Source of the DNA: Loktanella sp.
Lineage (GTDB): Bacteria; Pseudomonadota; Alphaproteobacteria; Rhodobacterales; Rhodobacteraceae
Reading direction: 5' to 3'
Assembly: GCA_024635625.1 (NCBI GenBank)
Contig: JAGXIQ010000112.1
Coordinates: 74,121-138,120 of the forward strand
DNA: 64,000 nt
Each line of letters opens with the position of its first letter. Position 1 is the first letter of the stretch. A program made the translations under genes and the position numbers. A model generated the notes under the pieces. That model ran no database searches. It was given only the letters and a program-made list of their open reading frames with translations, and had not been told where the DNA came from. This document shows, piece after piece, positions 60,639 through 64,000 of the stretch.

Positions 60639-61227
60639 ACATCTCCTCTAACAAAGCTGCATGCCGTGCCGCATAATCGTGGCGTACGGCGACCGGCGGA
60701 CGCATTGCGATACTTAGGGTGTCGACGAACGCGGTATCTTGCTTGCCGAACAGCTTATCGGCTTCGACCTTTGAAAATCCAGCAATCTGCGTCGCTTCTA
60801 ACCAAGCTGAAATATTGTCTGCAGCTTTAATCTGCCTTTTGATCCGCACTGGTAATTGCGCAGGAAGGCCGAACCGCAGGTGAATTGCGGCCGTCAGTCG
60901 CGCGTCAAGCTCTCCATAGCTGGGACCGACGGCTGTTTTTACCGGGGAAATCATATCGCCGATCACGTATTCTGGCGCATCGTGCAGCAGGGCGGCCATG
61001 CGCCATTTTGCAGGGGCCGTGGGCTGCTGACGGGCAAAGATCTCCTCAACCAGCAGCGAATGCTCTGCAACGGAATAGGCATAGTCGCCCAGCGTCTGCC
61101 CATTCCAGCGTGCCACGAACGCCAATCCATGCGCAATATCAACTATTTCTATATCCACAGGTGTTGGGTCCAGCAGGTCCAGCCTGCGGCCAGACAGCAT
61201 TCGTTGCCATGCGCGTGGTCGTTTCAT
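60637..61227 (-). CDS. HD-domain hydrolase (YfbR-like 5'-deoxynucleotidase family)
   Basis: [42 protein letters not shown]. Confidence 0.9.
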   Translation of the reverse strand: MKRPRAWQRMLSGRRLDLLDPTPVDIEIVDIAHGLAFVARWNGQTLGDYAYSVAEHSLLVEEIFARQQPTAPAKWRMAALLHDAPEYVIGDMISPVKTAVGPSYGELDARLTAAIHLRFGLPAQLPVRIKRQIKAADNISAWLEATQIAGFSKVEADKLFGKQDTAFVDTLSIAMRPPVAVRHDYAARHAALLEEM

Positions 61228-61321
61228 TTCGGTCCCCTTTGCCGCGACAGGACGTTCGTTGTTTCAATCCTGCGACCGTGTTATCGGCCAGCCCAAAGAT
61301 GAAGTGCAAGGAGCACGCGAG

Positions 61322-62710
61322 ATGACACAAGATTACATCGTGAAAGACATCGAACTTGCTGCCTATGGGCGCAAGGAGTTGGATATTGCGGAAACCGAAA
61401 TGCCGGGCTTGATGGCCTGCCGCGAAGAATACGGCACCACCAAGCCACTGAAGGGTGCACGCATCGTCGGATCGCTGCACATGACAATCCAAACCGCCGT
61501 GTTGATCGAAACGCTGGTCGCATTGGGTGCTGACGTGCGCTGGGCGTCATGCAACATCTTTTCGACCCAAGACCACGCCGCTGCTGCGATTGCCGCCGGC
61601 GGGACCCCGGTCTTTGCGATTAAGGGTCAAACGCTGGAAGAACACTGGGATTACCTAGACCGGTCCTTCCAGTTCCCTGACGGCGCGAACATGATCCTGG
61701 ATGATGGCGGCGATGCGACGCTGTATATTCTGTTGGGCGCTCGCGCCGAAGCAGGTGAGGATATTATAGCCGTTCCGCAGTCCGAAGAAGAGGTTGCCAT
61801 CAAGGCGCAGATCAAAAAACGGATGGCGCAATCACCCGGCTGGTTCACCAAAACCCGCGATGCCATTAAGGGCGTATCCGAGGAAACTACCACCGGCGTG
61901 CATCGCCTTTATGACTTGCACAAGAAAGGGCAATTACCTTTCCCCGCTATCAACGTGAACGACAGCGTGACCAAGTCGAAGTTCGACAACAAGTATGGCT
62001 GCAAGGAATCGCTGGTTGACGGTATCCGGCGCGCCACTGACACCATGATGGCCGGGAAGGTTGCCGTCGTCTGCGGTTACGGCGATGTCGGCAAAGGTTC
62101 TGCTGCGTCGCTTAGCGGTGCGGGTGCCCGTGTGAAAGTCACCGAAGTCGACCCAATCTGCGCCCTGCAAGCCGCAATGGACGGATTTGAATTTGTCCTG
62201 CTGGAAGACGTCGTCGACAGCGCCGATATCTTTATCACCACGAACGGCAACAAGGACATCATCCGCATCGAGCATATGCGCGAGATGAAGGACATGGCGA
62301 TTGTCGGCAATATCGGCCACTTCGACAACGAAATCCAGGTCGCCGCGCTGAAGAACCACAAGTGGACGAACATTAAAGAGCAGGTCGACATGATAGAGAT
62401 GCCTTCGGGCGCTCGTCTCATCCTGTTGTCCGAAGGCCGTCTGCTGAACCTTGGCAACGCCACCGGCCATCCGTCCTTTGTGATGTCGGCGTCTTTTACC
62501 AACCAAGTGCTGGCGCAGATCGAATTGTGGACCAAAGGCGACGAATACAAGCCGGGCGTATATATCCTGCCCAAAGTGTTGGATGAAAAGGTCGCACGCC
62601 TGCACCTTGCACGGATCGGTGTGAAGCTGACCGAGCTAAAGAAGGAACAGGCGGATTATATCGGCGTGACCGTCGAAGGTCCTTTTAAGCCGGAACACTA
62701 CCGCTACTAA
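61322..62710 (+). CDS. ahcY: S-adenosylhomocysteine hydrolase
   Basis: [64 protein letters not shown]; ATG 61322 after AAGGAG. Confidence 0.99.
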   Translation: MTQDYIVKDIELAAYGRKELDIAETEMPGLMACREEYGTTKPLKGARIVGSLHMTIQTAVLIETLVALGADVRWASCNIFSTQDHAAAAIAAGGTPVFAIKGQTLEEHWDYLDRSFQFPDGANMILDDGGDATLYILLGARAEAGEDIIAVPQSEEEVAIKAQIKKRMAQSPGWFTKTRDAIKGVSEETTTGVHRLYDLHKKGQLPFPAINVNDSVTKSKFDNKYGCKESLVDGIRRATDTMMAGKVAVVCGYGDVGKGSAASLSGAGARVKVTEVDPICALQAAMDGFEFVLLEDVVDSADIFITTNGNKDIIRIEHMREMKDMAIVGNIGHFDNEIQVAALKNHKWTNIKEQVDMIEMPSGARLILLSEGRLLNLGNATGHPSFVMSASFTNQVLAQIELWTKGDEYKPGVYILPKVLDEKVARLHLARIGVKLTELKKEQADYIGVTVEGPFKPEHYRY

Positions 62711-62732
62711 GGCTTAAACGACTTCAGGTTCT

Positions 62733-62762
62733 AAAAACCGGCCTTGCAAGGCCGGTTTTTTC
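62733..62762 (+). terminator. Rho-independent terminator after ahcY (perfect 28-bp palindrome)
   Basis: AAAAACCGGCCTTGCAAGGCCGGTTTTT followed by TT. Confidence 0.9.
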
Positions 62763-62836
62763 TTGTCCGGCGTTGCACCATGCCCCTAGGTTATTCCAAG
62801 CCTGCAAAAGGCGGCAACAACACGGGGGACGATACC

Positions 62837-63178
62837 ATGGGTAAAAGAGACGATTTGATTGCAAAATACGCCGAAGACCTTACAGAAAAATGCGGTATGA
62901 CGCCGGATATGGACCTCTTGAAAAAAGTCACTATCGGCTGCGGCCCCTCGATCTATAACAACGACGCCAGTACCGTCGCCGGAAGTGACACCGAAGAGTT
63001 GGATCGCATTGTCGATGGCTTCCTAAAGAAAAAGCTTGGTCTACCGGACGGGCCCGAGCTGATGGGTGGCCTGCAAAAGGCGATAGAGACCTATGGCCGG
63101 TCAAACCGGAACAAGTATCGCGCGGTGGTTTACTACCTCTTAACCAAACATTTTGGCAAAGAGTCCGTTTACGGCTGA
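62837..63178 (+). CDS. DUF2853-family small protein
   Basis: GCGPSIYN.DAS.V, FLKKKLGL, RNKYRAVVYYLL.KHFGKESVY (family recognised from memory); ATG 62837. Confidence 0.75.
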   Translation: MGKRDDLIAKYAEDLTEKCGMTPDMDLLKKVTIGCGPSIYNNDASTVAGSDTEELDRIVDGFLKKKLGLPDGPELMGGLQKAIETYGRSNRNKYRAVVYYLLTKHFGKESVYG

Positions 63179-63245
63179 TCGCGTTTTACTTGCGATTTGC
63201 CTCTTTCGTTCCAGAGGCTAACTTCGGAACAAAAGAGGCCCCACA

Positions 63246-64000
63246 ATGATCCAGACCCTGCGCGGTACCCTTATAGGACGCGGCGATCCGATGCCATGGC
63301 GCACGGTTGCCGTGACCTGTGTGGCCGTCATGGTGCCGCCGATTGTGGCGGTCCTGCTGTTTGGTCCCGTCGGTGCGGTTGCCTTTATCGCAACCCTAGC
63401 GGCGCATCTCGCGGCAAAGGACAATGGCGTGTTGATCGCCACGCTCGTCACCGTGGTCATGGGCTTTGCGGGCCTTCTGACCGTTGGGTCGCCTGTCATG
63501 GGGCTGATGATCGCGCCTGCATTGGGAATATTGGCAGGGATCAGTGGCTATTTTGGCTTCGCCTTGCCAGTGATGCGGGCGTTGATCACTTGGACCGTCT
63601 TTACCGGAACCATTCTGCCTGCCGACGACAAACCACTGATGTTTGGTATTTTTCTTGCGGCTATGATCTGGGCGCTCGGGGTGTCCAAGGCATTTTGCGA
63701 AACGGGCAAACGCGACCCGGCAGAGGCGGACTCCGCAGAATACGCTCTGATCTTCGGCGTGATGCTGGCGGCTGGTTTGACCATTTCAATCTATGTCGGC
63801 GGAAGGTGGTTTGGCGACCATGGTTTCTGGTTTCCACTGACCTTTGTCGTGTTGTGTGTCCCGCCGCACGGTCAGCTATTCAGCAGGACAGTGAAGCGGA
63901 CGATAGGCACGGTTCTAGGCACTGTAATTGCGCTAGGGTTTGCGTGGGCATCCGATGCAACGTGGGTGATAATCGCGGTTGGGGCAATTAGCTTGCCTCT
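63246..64000 (+). CDS. FUSC-like inner-membrane protein, partial (runs off the window end)
   Basis: Open, strongly hydrophobic frame from ATG 63246 (MIQTLRG...) to the end, with FWFPLT.VVL and RT.KR.IGTVLG motifs of FUSC-type domains; absent from the ORF track because no stop is in the window. Confidence 0.7.
   Translation, partial: MIQTLRGTLIGRGDPMPWRTVAVTCVAVMVPPIVAVLLFGPVGAVAFIATLAAHLAAKDNGVLIATLVTVVMGFAGLLTVGSPVMGLMIAPALGILAGISGYFGFALPVMRALITWTVFTGTILPADDKPLMFGIFLAAMIWALGVSKAFCETGKRDPAEADSAEYALIFGVMLAAGLTISIYVGGRWFGDHGFWFPLTFVVLCVPPHGQLFSRTVKRTIGTVLGTVIALGFAWASDATWVIIAVGAISLP

Noticed and set aside
61228-61321. SAH or SAM-SAH riboswitch upstream of ahcY
   Set aside because: Could not find the conserved GAGGAGCG/CAGGCUC-type core, and the spacer is short and shared with the divergent HD gene
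9706-63178. ORF-track N-terminal extensions (cca 10947, mutS 21295, rho 36128, maf 36906, smr 42408, hslV 46461, ahcY 61259, DUF2853 62744 and others)
   Set aside because: They overlap neighbours or promoters and lack an RBS; downstream starts match family N-termini
1-64000. tRNA or rRNA genes, CRISPR arrays, IS elements, integrases, prophage or defence genes
   Set aside because: None seen; nearly all sequence is accounted for by core genes, and no repeat-spacer arrays or terminal inverted repeats were found

Overview
This is a core-chromosome window from an alphaproteobacterium of the Rhodobacteraceae/Roseobacter group (Yoonia/Loktanella-like gene content; the genus is my inference). It spans the replication origin. 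The order parB-parA-rsmG-mnmG-mnmE-rho-hemJ | AT-rich oriC (about 36640-37041) | maf-aroE-coaE-dnaQ is present, with two perfect parS palindromes, DnaA boxes, an IHF-like site and GANTC sites. About 60 mostly housekeeping genes are present: haem (hemH, hemJ, hemW), repair (mutS, addAB, dnaQ), heat shock (hslO, grpE, hrcA, hslVU), peptidoglycan recycling (amgK, murU, mltA), regB-senC-regA and ahcY. I found no tRNA, rRNA, CRISPR array or mobile element. Four things stand out. (1) A DivL-like PAS protein with a perfect CtrA box is frameshifted in a C6 homopolymer. (2) A PAS-GGDEF diguanylate cyclase is split by an in-frame TAG and carries other degenerate residues. (3) A translationally coupled two-gene operon of unknown function pairs a fold-IV PLP enzyme lacking the canonical PLP-binding Glu with a sulfotransferase-fold protein. 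(4) An orphan KpsS/LipB-like (putative Kdo-transferase) gene sits between hslV and trxA. All family assignments come from motif recognition and recalled synteny; no searches were run.
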